This document shows, one piece after another, positions 42,901 to 53,925 of a stretch of 64,000 bases of DNA. A program made the translations under genes and the position numbers. Within the stretch, counting starts at the first letter, position 1; every line of letters begins with the position of its first letter. Source of the stretch: Pelagomonas calceolata. Taxonomy: Eukaryota. Under the pieces are notes generated by a model. The model made no database searches. It was not told the DNA's origin and saw only the letters and a list, made by a program, of their open reading frames with translations. The stretch lies in assembly GCA_918797485.1 (NCBI GenBank), contig CAKKNE010000001.1, positions 3,224,001-3,288,000 on the forward strand, given 5' to 3'.

Positions 42901-45107
42901 TGAACAACCACAACGTCATGCTGTTTGATTTGAACTCCTGCGCGCTCGAGAACTTCGAATGTCACTACAACAAGTACTGCGCTCAGCAAGATCTGAAACC
43001 GTTCCTGAAAGAGGAGTTGCAGGCCGAGCTCGCCTCGAGATTTGATTGCAAGTTTAAGCGGGTGAGGAGCAGTGCATAAATCATGACCTCCACGCCATCG
43101 ACGCGACGCCGGCTCGACGGCGTGATCGGGTGCACCCGACGCACGGGTCGATGCACGCACAGGTCAGGATGCCCCAAATTTCGGGACTGAAGTGGAGGGA
43201 CCAGACGCTGCGCGACCTCGACGCGTTCCGGGAGCGGAAGCTGAGGATGACTGCAAGTTTGGATGAATTTGGAGATATTGGCGGCGCCGCATCTCTCAAC
43301 ATCGACGGGGCGCTGGTCGCGCGGTTCCTGCGGGAGGAGTGCGAGATCACGGGCCACAACCAGATCGACCAGATCCAAACTTTTGACCGGAGAAGAAGGG
43401 ACGAGGCCGGCCACAAGGGCATTGCCGCCGGACTCTATTCGAGGTTCTACGACTGGATCTGCGTGCAGAACCCGGCGGCGCAGCTGGTGAGCGAGGACGA
43501 CGTGCGCACGGCCTGCCGAAAGATTGTCAGAGGCGACCCCGAAAAGCTGCTCGAGCAGGTCGGGCCCGGTTTAGTGTTCTCGGTGGAAGGCGTCGTCTTC
43601 GCGCAGGGCCTCACGCTGAAAGATGCTGGTAGAGATAAAGCTGTCGGCGCCATTTCCCGAGACGAGTACAAGCGGGAGGCGTTGCTCGTGTTGGGCCACG
43701 TTTGTTTCTTGATGTCCCTGCCTTGTTTGGTGCTTGCGACGTTATTAAAGACGCAGTTCATGTACGCGGAAGCGTTATCTGTCAGACGAGCTTTATCCAA
43801 GTACGACCTCACGTGGCCCATGAAGGAGGATAGGGAGATCAACGCGACGTGCATGTATCTTGGGAGTTTCTGTCTGGCTTATATGGCCCTCGCTTTATTA
43901 CGACTCATCGCGAACTACGCCTTTACTACAAAAGGTAGTAAAGGGGTTATCAAATATATGACGTTGGTCAGCATGTGGCTCTTCGGGTTTGCTTCCACCC
44001 TCATGGTCGTCTTCTTCATCGCGTACTGCGCTATCTTAGCGTGCTGGATTTTGGTCGCGGCCGTGAGGAACGGTGTGGGAATCAACCAGTGCGTCGGGTG
44101 CTCAAACTCGAAAAAGAAACCACCCACGACCTCGCCCGATGGACACGAGTCGCGTCGATGGCGTAGGGCGCCCGAAATTTGATGTCCACGCAGGTCATGA
44201 AGCCCTCGGAGTACCTCAAATACGCGGCGGCCGCCGCGCTCATCATCTTCGTGATCACGACGTCCTGGAAGCAGATGGCCGCCACGGCGCGTGCGATGGA
44301 GGAGACGATCACGAGGGTCATGGACCGCACGCTCAACGAAAGCGTGAAGAAAGCGTCGCGTCCCGTGTCGTCGACGCGGCGTTGTCCCCGTAAGTTGACA
44401 CACAGGCACGAGAAACTCACGCGCGAGAAGATGAACAAGGAGGCCGTGGTCGAAGGCGCGGCGGTCGGCACTGTCGCGGTCGGCGCTGCTGGTTTACGGC
44501 AGCGCAAAGGTGAAACTACAGAAGATGTGGAGGCCGGGGATGATCCAGATGCGCCCTTCGAGATCGAGCGCATCTTCGATCTCGTGGATGAGGACGAGTC
44601 CAATACCCTCGACCGAGAGGAGCTCCGGGAATTATTTTACCTGATGGAGATCTCGATAAGCGAGGAGCAGCTCGAGACGATTTTTGCGTTCGCCGACGCC
44701 GACGGTTCTGGGAGTATAGACATGGGCGAGTTCCGGAGCGCCTGGGCGCGGATCCAGGAGGAGATGGTCGCGGCGGTCATGGAGCAGGTCGGCCTGTCGA
44801 CGACGCAGATCATACTTTTTGTGGCGTGCGTGACGATCGCGGTCTGTGCTCTGTTTGCGTTCATCTTCCTCGCCATCGGCGCATGGCACGACGTACGGGG
44901 GCGGCGTCCTTGGGGTGCCTTCGCTGTCCACCTCCACGCCGTCGACGCGTCCCCGCGCAGGCCGACGGCGCCTTCATCGCGGTGGTGCAGTCCACGTTTA
45001 TTGCCGGTTCTGGGTTCGTCACGCAGATGGCGGCGGCACGCAAATCATCAGATGACGACACGGAGAAGGCCGAGGAGATGGCGGAGGAGTCATTGAAAGA
45101 CGACTGA
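39927..45107 (+). CDS. Large multi-pass membrane protein with EF-hands (~1447 aa), 9 exons
   Basis: Introns 40445-40514, 41023-41216, 41950-42091, 42795-42874, 43062-43162, 44063-44193, 44355-44405 and 44893-44960 leave 1448 codons in frame. EF-hands DGDADGRITKDE, DEDESNTLDREE, DADGSGSIDMGE. Confidence 0.8.
40453..40514 (+). mobile_element. Introner family A, short (intron 40445-40514)
   Basis: cagtgcataaatcaa/ttgatttccacacag; GT donor exactly 8 bp before the left TIR. Confidence 0.85.
41031..41216 (+). mobile_element. Introner family A (intron 41023-41216)
   Basis: Perfect 15-bp TIR ctgtgtggaaatcaa/ttgatttccacacag; TSD gtcttgac/gtctggac. Confidence 0.95.
41950..42091 (+). mobile_element. 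Introner family B
   Basis: gtgcaatctcggcgttttgagg...gaggtcgtgggaggtttctttttcgagtttgaggccgttcggaccgcg...gatgctccacgcag. Confidence 0.9.
42803..42874 (+). mobile_element. Introner family A (intron 42795-42874)
   Basis: TIR ctgtgtggaaatca/tgattgccacacag; TSD gtccatgc/gtccatcc. Confidence 0.9.
43070..43162 (+). mobile_element. Introner family A (intron 43062-43162)
   Basis: Degenerate TIRs; TSD gtgaggag/gtcaggat. Confidence 0.85.
44071..44193 (+). mobile_element. Chimeric introner: family A ends with an inverted family B interior (intron 44063-44193)
   Basis: cggtgtgggaatcaaccagtgcgtcgggtg + ctcaaactcgaaaaagaaaccacccacgacctcg..gatggacacgagtcgcg + tttgatgtccacgcag; TSD gtgaggaa/gtcatgaa. Confidence 0.85.
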
Positions 45108-45113
45108 GTAAAT

Positions 45114-46286
45114 TTATTTCAAGGTAGGCTGGAACGCGTCCGCGTAGATCTCGTCGACGACGCACTCCGCCCCCAGGAACTCCTCCGCTAACAAAATCTT
45201 CTGCCAGGAGTCGTCCGCTAATAATTCATCGAGGGGCGCCATGCGCTCGAGGGGCTGCACGAAGGCCCGCGGCATGCAGCCGGCCCTCGCGCAGGCCGCG
45301 GCCTGCGCGTCGCGCGCGTCTACACTTACATCTTCGACGGCCCGGATCATCGCCTCCAAAGCCGCGGCGCGCCGAGGCGACGGCGCGCAACTTACGACCT
45401 GGGCCAACGCGGCCCGTCTCAATTGCGCGAGCCACCACTCGGCCCCGTACGTCAGGCGTAATTCCTCGCCTTTTTTGATATCGCGCGTACACACGGCAAA
45501 AATGCGGGGCGCGAAGAGGCCCGAACTTCCAATAGTAGCCTGCACCAACGCGCAATTTGTGCTACTTTCAATGTTGGACACGTATTCTTGCGTGGCTCTT
45601 CTCAGAGCAGCCCCATCAACCGCTACCGGAGGATAGGGCCAGGCCGGATCCTTGAGCACGAAGCCGTCCACATCACTAGGTCTCAACGACCCCTCCGACG
45701 GCGTTAGGTGCGACGGCGCCCTTATGGTGGAGTGGTCATTTATCAGCTGTGCCACACCCTCATCCACAGTAGCTCGTTCGACTTTCCCCAGTAGCACGTA
45801 CTCGCCTTCCCCGGCTCGCGTGACACACGCATCTAAATCTTCATCGACATTACAGGTCGTTTTCAGGGAGCCGGCCACAACAGAACCTCCCTTGGCTCTC
45901 CCAACAGCGTCCGCGACGCGCGCCCCCGTCAAGCCGATCTCGTACCGCTGACAGTACTTCCGCCAGTTCTCGCCGTAGTAGGACTGATATAGAGCGAGGT
46001 CGCCGGATCTCGTGTCCGGGCATTCCGCGAGGAGCCCGACGTATTCCGTCGCCGTGGAGCCTTCTTTTAAATCCTGGGCGGCGAAGACGCCCGTGCCGGC
46101 GCCCGGGCTCTCTTGCAACGTGACGCGCGGGTCCGCTCGTTCATAGGCCTCGACGTCGACGCTCCAGGATTCATATATCTGATCGGTGACGGGCGGCGGC
46201 CGCCTCAGCAAGCGGCGCAGGGGGTTGAGGGGCGCGGCTCGCTCGATGACGAGCGCGGCGCACGAGAGACGGAGCCAGCGCAGCAT
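45114..46286 (-). CDS. SET-domain protein with N-terminal targeting-like peptide
   Basis: SPGAGTGVFAAQDLKEG...EYVG, AQLINDH, TRDIKKGEELRLTYGAEWW. Confidence 0.85.
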   Translation of the reverse strand: MLRWLRLSCAALVIERAAPLNPLRRLLRRPPPVTDQIYESWSVDVEAYERADPRVTLQESPGAGTGVFAAQDLKEGSTATEYVGLLAECPDTRSGDLALYQSYYGENWRKYCQRYEIGLTGARVADAVGRAKGGSVVAGSLKTTCNVDEDLDACVTRAGEGEYVLLGKVERATVDEGVAQLINDHSTIRAPSHLTPSEGSLRPSDVDGFVLKDPAWPYPPVAVDGAALRRATQEYVSNIESSTNCALVQATIGSSGLFAPRIFAVCTRDIKKGEELRLTYGAEWWLAQLRRAALAQVVSCAPSPRRAAALEAMIRAVEDVSVDARDAQAAACARAGCMPRAFVQPLERMAPLDELLADDSWQKILLAEEFLGAECVVDEIYADAFQPTLK

Positions 46287-46551
46287 CGTGGTAACGTGGT
46301 ATCAAAAGAGCAGCGAAGGGGTGGTGGGAATGGTCCCGGGCTCAGGTCGCGCCGCGGTTGGCGCTCGACAAAAGCTGCTGTGAGAGCACAGGAGCAAGAT
46401 CCAGAGAGCACACTGCGGGAACCAGCTGGGCCGCCTTGTGCGGCCGTATGCGGTGCACTGAAGCCTCGAGGATGCCCTTCAGCACCGTTGTTGGGTTTTG
46501 GTCCAGCGTCTGAGCTCAAATGAGTCAAATCAGAGCCGCGGATCCGGTCGA

Positions 46552-46577
46552 GCTAGCGTTATGTAAGACACTAGCAA
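46552..46577 (+). promoter_or_regulatory. Recurrent upstream motif
   Basis: gctagcgttatgtaagacactagcaa. Confidence 0.55.
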
Positions 46578-46740
46578 ACAAGGTTCTGGAGGTTTGCCGA
46601 GTCGGTTCTGCTTAAAAAAGCAAGTGTGCTGTTATGAAAGACGCGGTGGCTCGCGCCCGCCGCCGATGTAGCGGACTAGCACCGGAGCAGAACCCACGTG
46701 ATAAAACGCCGCCGACGAAAAAGAAAAACACAAAACACAC

Positions 46741-48351
46741 TTACTCCCGCGCGCTCACATCACTATCGGTGCTAGGACTCGTCGGCGAAGCGGGCAAGGC
46801 CCGCACGGGCGACTTCGACTCGGGCGTGTAGTAGGAGTAGGTCCCGTCCGAACCGGGCGACGCCTGGGACACGGCGCTCAGGTCGGCCCAGCTCACAGCA
46901 GTCCCACTACGATGAGAGGACGACGCATACGAAGTATCATCGTCATCCGTCAAAATGCGGATCTGCGTCCGCAGGTGCGGGGGCCGGCACTTTTGGATCG
47001 TCACCTCGTCGATGCGGACGTACGACTGGATCCGCGCGCGGTACTCGCTGCAAGGCAACCTAGCACAACCCGAATCTAGACCGTCGCCGCAGTGCCTTTC
47101 CAATAACGAAAAGAGGCCGTCCTTGCTATCTTCGAACGCCGGGAGTCGTTCCGTGAAAGCAGCAAACAAGGGATGCCGCAGCGCGTCGTGCGCGCCCAAG
47201 CGAGGGTCCAGTCCTGAAACACAAGCCAAGGCCAGGTCGCTGACGTCGCCTCTTCTTGTCTCCTCGCGCAGCTCCAGCCGTCTCGCGTCCTTTTTGAGGA
47301 CACTGGCGTCCACATCAGATTCTTTTTTCGTTTCCGTCTTTTGTAGTGATTGTCTGAGTGAAAAGGCGTCATCAATGAGTTCCAAGATGGACGGGGCTCG
47401 GTCTAGCAACGCCGCCCTTGATGCCGCATGGGCGACGACGCGGTCGGCATCTGTCGAACAATGGAGCTCTCGTAAGTCTTGGGGAGAGGGCGCCCCGAGC
47501 ACCCAGCACTGCCTCGTAAGTACATCCAACGTGTTCTTGCCCGCAAAGAGCGGTATGGACGTCTCCATCTCGACCAAGATACAACCACACGCCCACACGT
47601 CGCCCGCCCTTCCGCCTCGTCGCGGTGACCCCAGCAGCTGTTCCGGCGGCTGGTAGCACCGCGCGCCGATGTCGTCTGTGGTTGAACGCAGACCATCTAA
47701 AGCGGCCGACGTCGAATCATCTGACCCTAAAAACTTCGCGGACGCAAAGTCGATGAGTTGCGCGTGACACTTCTCATCTAGCACGATGTTTGAGGGTCGC
47801 ACGTCTCGATGGGCTATTTTCGCATCGTGGACAAAAGCCAGGGCCGCGAAGAGTTGTCTTGCGACGCACGTCCGGTGTTCCGGGGACAGTCTGTCGGCTA
47901 AAATGGCATGCCTTAAATCAGTCCCAAAATAATCGAGAGCTATGGCCGCATGCAGGCCACTCTCGCCCACATACACTCGTCGCAGTCTCCCGACGCACGG
48001 ATGGCCCTGCAAGGCGTGGAGATAGGCCACCTCCCGATAGCACCTTTGTGAAGACGTTCTATCCCTAAAACAGCCTCGTAGCAATTTCAGCGCGACGAAG
48101 CGTCTTCTGGCGCGCTCGTAGGCTTTATATACAATACATCTAGAAGTCCCACCGACCCTCGCGCAGATCTCGTAGCGCCGCAGTAACGCGGGCTCGACGA
48201 GCGGGTCGTCCTCTTTTGGTGCTCTTTCCGTGGTGGAAACTGTTTCTTCATCATAGGCCTGCTCGGCGATGGCCTCCAGTTGTTCTTCCGTGTGGAACCA
48301 GGGGCAGCTCCTCTCTGAATCGCGGCGGCTGCGGTACTGTGCTAGGGCCAT
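46741..48351 (-). CDS. Divergent MAP kinase (MAPK15/ERK7-like)
   Basis: LLRRYEI, VALK, QRCYREV, HRDVRPSN, DFASA, DVWACGCIL...PLFAG. Confidence 0.75.
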   Translation of the reverse strand: MALAQYRSRRDSERSCPWFHTEEQLEAIAEQAYDEETVSTTERAPKEDDPLVEPALLRRYEICARVGGTSRCIVYKAYERARRRFVALKLLRGCFRDRTSSQRCYREVAYLHALQGHPCVGRLRRVYVGESGLHAAIALDYFGTDLRHAILADRLSPEHRTCVARQLFAALAFVHDAKIAHRDVRPSNIVLDEKCHAQLIDFASAKFLGSDDSTSAALDGLRSTTDDIGARCYQPPEQLLGSPRRGGRAGDVWACGCILVEMETSIPLFAGKNTLDVLTRQCWVLGAPSPQDLRELHCSTDADRVVAHAASRAALLDRAPSILELIDDAFSLRQSLQKTETKKESDVDASVLKKDARRLELREETRRGDVSDLALACVSGLDPRLGAHDALRHPLFAAFTERLPAFEDSKDGLFSLLERHCGDGLDSGCARLPCSEYRARIQSYVRIDEVTIQKCRPPHLRTQIRILTDDDDTSYASSSHRSGTAVSWADLSAVSQASPGSDGTYSYYTPESKSPVRALPASPTSPSTDSDVSARE

Positions 48352-48664
48352 AGTGGTCTCTTTGGCTGCTCCTCGGTGTTGGGCTGCTAGCCTTGCAGGC
48401 GGTTCGTCGTCGGCGTTCGACGCAACACCTTCGCTCGCACTGCGGCCGGCGTCCCGGGCGCTTGCTGGCCAGCCCAGGCGCTGCCGGTGCCCTCTTGCGG
48501 CGCCTGGGCCTGGCCTCGCCAGCCGTCGGCGCCGCCTCGGAGGCCTCTCCAGACCGTTCCATCGCCGACTGTGCCCAAAATTCGGGTTTAGGGGCCGTCG
48601 AGTATTACGACGAGTAATCGTTGGCGGTGTGCAAACGGAGCGTACGCCGCACAGCCGAAGCCCG

Positions 48665-49375
48665 ATGGCCGTCCAGTGCCTCCGCGGCCGCGACGACGTC
48701 GCCGCCGCCGCGGGCAGCCCATTTTTTGACGACGGCGGCGGCTTCCATGGGGCCTCGACCGCAAGCAGTGCCGGCTTTGACACGGTCCGTGCCCTGCAGC
48801 ACCTTCAGTCACGGCTCGCGCGGCTCGACCGGGAGCGCCACGAGGCCGACGCGTGCGCGGCGGCGCTCCGGGAAGACATCGCCGCGCGCGAGCTCGACCT
48901 CGCGCGCCTCGCGGCGGAGGCGGACGCCGCCGACGCCACGGACGACGGCACGGTCGACGACGAGGACGACGAGGACGACGAGGCCACTCTGGTCGAGGCG
49001 GCAACGGCCGCCGAGGCCGAGCTGCGCCGCGCCGAGGACCGGCGGGCGGCCGCGATCGACCGGCTGGCAGCGGCCGCCGCGGCGGCGCGCGCCCGGCGGC
49101 CTCGGACGAATCCCGGCGCCCGGCGGCCTCGGGCGAGTCCTGCGCCGCGTACCGCGGCGGCGCCCGCGCGGCGAAGGAGCGCGCCGCGCCCGCTCGTCGC
49201 GATCGACGAGCGCCCGCCGTGGAATTCGTGCGGGCGGCGGGGCATCTCCGCGGCCGAGGAGCGCTGGACGCCGGAGCCGCGGCCCCCGCCGGAGCCGGCC
49301 CGTTCCAGGCGCTCCACGGGGACCTCGAGGCGTGGTCGGACGGCGACATCGTCGACGAGGCGAAGGGGTAAGTAG
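48665..49375 (+). CDS. Hypothetical coiled-coil protein (weak CEP57 N-terminal resemblance)
   Basis: VRALQHLQSRLARLDRER heptad segment followed by an acidic tract. Confidence 0.4.
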   Translation: MAVQCLRGRDDVAAAAGSPFFDDGGGFHGASTASSAGFDTVRALQHLQSRLARLDRERHEADACAAALREDIAARELDLARLAAEADAADATDDGTVDDEDDEDDEATLVEAATAAEAELRRAEDRRAAAIDRLAAAAAAARARRPRTNPGARRPRASPAPRTAAAPARRRSAPRPLVAIDERPPWNSCGRRGISAAEERWTPEPRPPPEPARSRRSTGTSRRGRTATSSTRRRGK

Positions 49376-50234
49376 TTGGTGAATAGCCGCCGCGTGCGTT
49401 ATCTTTCGCGGTGCTAAAGCTAGTGGGCGGCGCCCCTGCCCACCGCCGGTCCGATGCGGCCGGCGACGGGCCGGGCTCGGAAGCCCGCGAGGCGCCCCAT
49501 CCCCACTAGTAAGTCGAAAGACGTAGCTCTTTATGTACAAGTCGGCCTCGACGACGTACCAGAGTCGGGGAATGTTCTCACCGATGTGAGTTCCATGGCG
49601 GTTGGATTCACGCGAGAGCGAGAGCGGGGCGGGGAGGGGGGGGACCAAGACTCGACGCGGAGCATCGTTGCCGTGACGGGCGGGCCCGGCTTGCTCCTTT
49701 TGGCCTGCGGGCCGTCATCTGCCATATCACTGCGGCTGTTTTAGAGATACGGTGCGCTCCGGGGACTCGCGCGCGCGGCGGGTTGCGGGTGCCTAAGTGA
49801 GGCCAGGCCGCCTGGGCGAGTTTCTCGTTTCCCGTCGCACGCCTTGCGGTCTCCAGGTCGAAAACCCTTACAAGGCAAACGTTCTGTGAGCTTGGCGCTC
49901 CCGGATATCCGCGGGCGGCGGTGCAGGACGCCTGACAAAACTGCACCAAGCAGGCCAGCCCACCACATCGTCGTCCCGCTGAGCTATGCCTCCTTGGCGC
50001 CCTTTGTATTCCTCTGCGAGCGTGGACAAACCTAGGGAGCGATTTGAGCAACGATCGCTAGCGGCTGTAAGGCACTAGGAAGCCCAGCCCAGCTGTCTTG
50101 GTCGAGCACGCCGCAGCGATCGCTTTGTACGAGACGCAGGGTTAATTCTACATACCTTGGACGCTGCAGGTCGCAACGCCGTTGCCGCGCTCGCACGCCG
50201 TTGCTCTCCCAAGCCGCCGCACTGCACCGCCATA

Positions 50235-51527
50235 ATGCCCAAAAAAGCAGCACCATCTAACGACGCGCCCGCGAGCGATCAAAAGAAAAAGACGAAAACG
50301 GGCCCGACGCCGGCCGAGAAGCTCGCGGACGAGCTCGACGACCTCATGATCGCCTACCTGAAAGCTTGTAGAGAAACGCCGGACAAGGCGCCGGGCCTCG
50401 AGAAGAAAATGAAAGCGAAGACGGCTCAATTAGCTGCTTTGCAGGATCAAGGGATAGACGCGCACCCGAGCTGGGCCGATGTGGAATAATGCGCCGGCTG
50501 CTCCCGAACCTCGCCGCGAAGATTGATGGAAGGGCCTGCGAGGGCCTTCGCACCAGAGGTTATGCTATTGTGGACGGTTTTTTGGGCGAGACGTGGTGTC
50601 GCCCTGTGTGGAAATCAACCAGTGAGTTAGGTTGTCTCGCCATCGAGCAGAACGTTATGGGGACAATGTCGCGTCGATGGCGTGGAACCTCGACGCTGTC
50701 GAGCAGGCGCAGCTACTGAGGCAGCATCGCGTCGATGGCGTGGGGCGCGCGAAATTTGATGTCCACACAGGTGTCACCTGCTGCGCGACGACATCATCAC
50801 GCTGGCCGAGCGGCGGTTATTGGGGAGAAACGCGACGCATCTCGTGCGGCGAGGCACGACGTCCTTACTGGTCAAGAATAACATCTTCGAGACGGAAATA
50901 GGCGCGCACGAGGAAGCTAGAGTTAATGCGCCGCACCTCGCCACATTATATAACGACAGAACGCTGCGAGAACGACTGAGAGCGTGCGTCGGCGGCCCGT
51001 TACGCTCGCAATCCTTGAAGGTCCAACTGAACCATGGAAGTGGGGGCTGCTTCCCCCTCCACTTCGACGGCGACCCGTCGTTAGATGATCGGGTCATTAC
51101 AGCAGTATTATATCTGAACCCGGACTGGTCCGACGCGGACGGAGGCCACCTCCAACTCGTGCCCTTTCCGGAAACACCGGTGGACGTCGCGCCGCTTTTC
51201 GACCGACTGGTGCTCTTCGCGTCGCACGACACGCTACACCGGGCCCTGCCCGCACAAAACGTGCGCTTCTGCGTGACGCTCTGGTTCTACCGGACACAGC
51301 CCGGCGGCGGCGCCGCGGTTGCTGATGAGACAAAGGCCGAGCGGAGGTTGATGGCGCGCTACGCGTATCGGGAGGCGTGGGGGCGGTCCATCCGCGAGAG
51401 CCATGCGCCGGGCGAGGCGCTCGACGCCGCGTTGTCGGACCACGCCTCCGACACGCTTAAAATCGCCGAGGCTTTGAAGGCGCGCGGCGTCGATTTGGCG
51501 GAGTTGGACGCTATGATTATTAAGTAA
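50235..51527 (+). CDS. 2OG-Fe(II) oxygenase (prolyl-hydroxylase-like); apparent frameshift at 50487-50489 and intron 50596-50770
   Basis: GYAIVDGFLG, FPLHFD, RVITAVLYLNPDW...GGHL, PLFDRLVLF...HRALP...RFCVTLWF. Confidence 0.8.
50604..50770 (+). mobile_element. Introner family A (intron 50596-50770)
   Basis: TIR ctgtgtggaaatcaa/ttgatgtccacacag; TSD gtgtcgcc/gtgtcacc. Confidence 0.95.
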
Positions 51528-51600
51528 CTTTAAACAACTCGGCCTGTGGTTTTCGTGCCCCCAGCGCCAACGAGAGACGAGCCGCTGGACCGAGGAGCGA

Positions 51601-52833
51601 TCATGATACTTGAGTTCCCAGGGGAAAGTGCCTCTCGTTGGCGTTGGCGCCGCGGAGCGTGGCTCGCGACTGTCGCAGGGCCCCCTCAACCCCCGCTACG
51701 AGCGGGTGCGCGCCGCCGAACACGCGCCGCCCGATCCGTTCAATTTCCTCGAATGTCGTCACGGCCTCGCGGAGATCGTCGAGCGTGGCGGCGTCGTCTT
51801 TGTAGAGCGCCTTACCATAAATCCACCGCATTCTGAGCATGAGATCATGACTCTCTCCGAGAACGCGTCGCGCCACGGGCATCATTTTGCGCAACAGGAC
51901 CTTAGTTTCTTTGAAGCGTTCTAGTTGTCTCAGCGTCGAAGCGTAGTTGTTGGCTGCTAGGAGGGTTTTCCTACTTTCCTCGCCCTCGAGCTTCAACCAA
52001 CCAGAATAGACGTCTCGCCGCATACTTATTGCCTCGTCAAGTCGTCCCAGCGCTCTGTACGACGACGCAAGGTTGCCCTGCATGATAAGTATATTTCCTT
52101 CTGAATCGCCAAGGCGCCGCAGCATAGACATCTCGGCCTCTCTCACGGACAACGCGTCCTCGTGTTGCTTTGCCGCGGATAAACCGTTCCCAAGTAGGTT
52201 CATCGCCAACACCCGAACCCTGTCCGCCTCCGGCAGCCCTACGTACGTTTTCCAGCACGCCCACCCGAGCGCGTGTTGTACGACGCCGTGATACTTTTGC
52301 TCGCACAGGCCGCACGTGTCCCACCGGTTAAAGCGCTCATTCGCCTGGTCGAACAAATTATTCTCCAAAGCCTCCGCGACCAAGATCTTCGCCTGCTTCG
52401 CCAGGCACGACAAGTGCGCGAATCCCGCCCCCCCTCGGCAGGCGCACCCGCGCACGAGGCCCTCTTCCGAACCGTCGTCAAAGCAGATCCAGCACGTCTG
52501 CCCCTTCGTGTCCTCGGCGCACGCATTGACCGCCACCGCCGAGGCCTCTTCGTATTTTTGGTCGGCTTGGTCGGGCAAATACAAAAACCAAGGTGGCGGT
52601 TCCGCCGTCGCGGTGAGCAGTGGTCGCGGTTCCGCTACCAGCTCGGCAGTGGTCGGCGCGAGCAACGAGGCGAGCTGGTAGCGGCGAGCGACGTCGCGCG
52701 GCTCGCGCGCGGCCACCGGCGAGCGGCTTCGGCTGCGCGAGAAGCTCCGAGCAGCCGAGCCTAAACCTTGAGCTGAGCGGCTCCGGGAGCGCCTAATTCG
52801 CTCGCCCTCCCCGGCGGGCTGCCTCTGGTCCAT
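51601..52833 (-). CDS. RING-CH (RINGv) zinc-finger protein with TPR-like helical repeats
   Basis: CWIC...CACRG...HLSCL...CGLC, followed by NLASSYRALGRLDEA / NNYASTL repeats. Confidence 0.85.
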   Translation of the reverse strand: MDQRQPAGEGERIRRSRSRSAQGLGSAARSFSRSRSRSPVAAREPRDVARRYQLASLLAPTTAELVAEPRPLLTATAEPPPWFLYLPDQADQKYEEASAVAVNACAEDTKGQTCWICFDDGSEEGLVRGCACRGGAGFAHLSCLAKQAKILVAEALENNLFDQANERFNRWDTCGLCEQKYHGVVQHALGWACWKTYVGLPEADRVRVLAMNLLGNGLSAAKQHEDALSVREAEMSMLRRLGDSEGNILIMQGNLASSYRALGRLDEAISMRRDVYSGWLKLEGEESRKTLLAANNYASTLRQLERFKETKVLLRKMMPVARRVLGESHDLMLRMRWIYGKALYKDDAATLDDLREAVTTFEEIERIGRRVFGGAHPLVAGVEGALRQSRATLRGANANERHFPLGTQVS

Positions 52834-53000
52834 GTTAGCGACGGACGCGTGGCTTCTGCGCGTAATCCGGCTGCTTTGTGAGCCCCAGCGCGACTGCCGG
52901 GCGGCAGGAAGGCACAGGAGCGGCAGCCCGTGAGAATGCGACCCGCAGAAGGCATCGCAGAAGGCTGTGGGCATTGACCTGTCGGAACTCGATGCTATGC

Positions 53001-53690
53001 CTAAGTAACTTTAAACGACTCGCTCGGCCTCAAGCCGGCAAAGTCCGGGTGCCGCTCGAAGGGCGCCGTGTCGGCGTAGCAGCGGTCGAAGACGGCGTCG
53101 ACCGTCGCCTCGGGCTCGGCGCGCCCCGCCAGCGCCAGCGACAGCGCCGCGCGCCGCCGCACGCACTTGCCGTGATGTGCCATCAAGCCGAAGACGCCTC
53201 TATTAATTTCCTGCGAGAGGTCGCACTCGCCGGACAGCGACGACGCGCGAATCTCGGCACAAGCGTGGTGCGCGCCGCTCTTCCAGTCGACCTTCGCGCG
53301 GCACTGGTCGTACGCGTGCACGAGCTCGTGCACGAGCGTCCTTTCAAAAACCGCCTTGTCCGGCGCGTGCTCGGCGACGACGACGACGCCCGGCGCGTAG
53401 CGCTTCTGCGACCCGTCGTTGACGGCGAAGCCGCCGACCATCTTGTCGCCGAGCGGGCCGCTCCGTTCTACAGAGGCGCACCTGACAAACCCAAAGGGCG
53501 AGCCGACGTCGCAGCCGAGCTTCGCGATCTCATCAAATAAAAAGCGCACGCGCACGTTGCGCGACAGCGCCGCGTCTCGTAAACGGCAGCAGCGCCTCTC
53601 CGCGGCCGTCTCCGGTTCCGGCGCCGGTGCCGGTGCTGGCGCCGCGTCGTCCGTCGTCGTCGTCGAGCGGCGGCGCATGAGGCGACCCAT
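53001..53690 (-). CDS. ATP23: Mitochondrial inner-membrane metalloprotease ATP23 (M76)
   Basis: TLVHELVHAYDQCRAKVDW...HACAEIRASSLSGEC...CVRRRA...CYADTAPF. Confidence 0.92.
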   Translation of the reverse strand: MGRLMRRRSTTTTDDAAPAPAPAPEPETAAERRCCRLRDAALSRNVRVRFLFDEIAKLGCDVGSPFGFVRCASVERSGPLGDKMVGGFAVNDGSQKRYAPGVVVVAEHAPDKAVFERTLVHELVHAYDQCRAKVDWKSGAHHACAEIRASSLSGECDLSQEINRGVFGLMAHHGKCVRRRAALSLALAGRAEPEATVDAVFDRCYADTAPFERHPDFAGLRPSESFKVT

Positions 53691-53899
53691 TATTTATGGC
53701 GCTGCGATGGCGTCGTCGCTACAAGTTGCGTCTCCAAGGTAGCACACTGAGGTGCTGCTCGATGGGTGCAGCTCTAGACGTGGCGCCAGAGGGCTGGGCT
53801 GCTGTGCTCGCAGCAAATGTGTCACAACAGCTTACAACTGCTCCAATCTGCACCCAGTGTGCGGTAAAACAAGAATTTACGCAAGTTAATCGCGCAGCG

Positions 53900-53925
53900 G
53901 CTAGCGGCCTGTAAGACACTAGCAA
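53900..53925 (+). promoter_or_regulatory. Recurrent upstream motif
   Basis: gctagcggcctgtaagacactagcaa. Confidence 0.55.

Noticed and set aside
49380..49725. Possible small minus-strand gene (MADDGPQAKRSK...) with a frameshift at a G-run
   Set aside because: No recognisable homology and the frame is uncertain.
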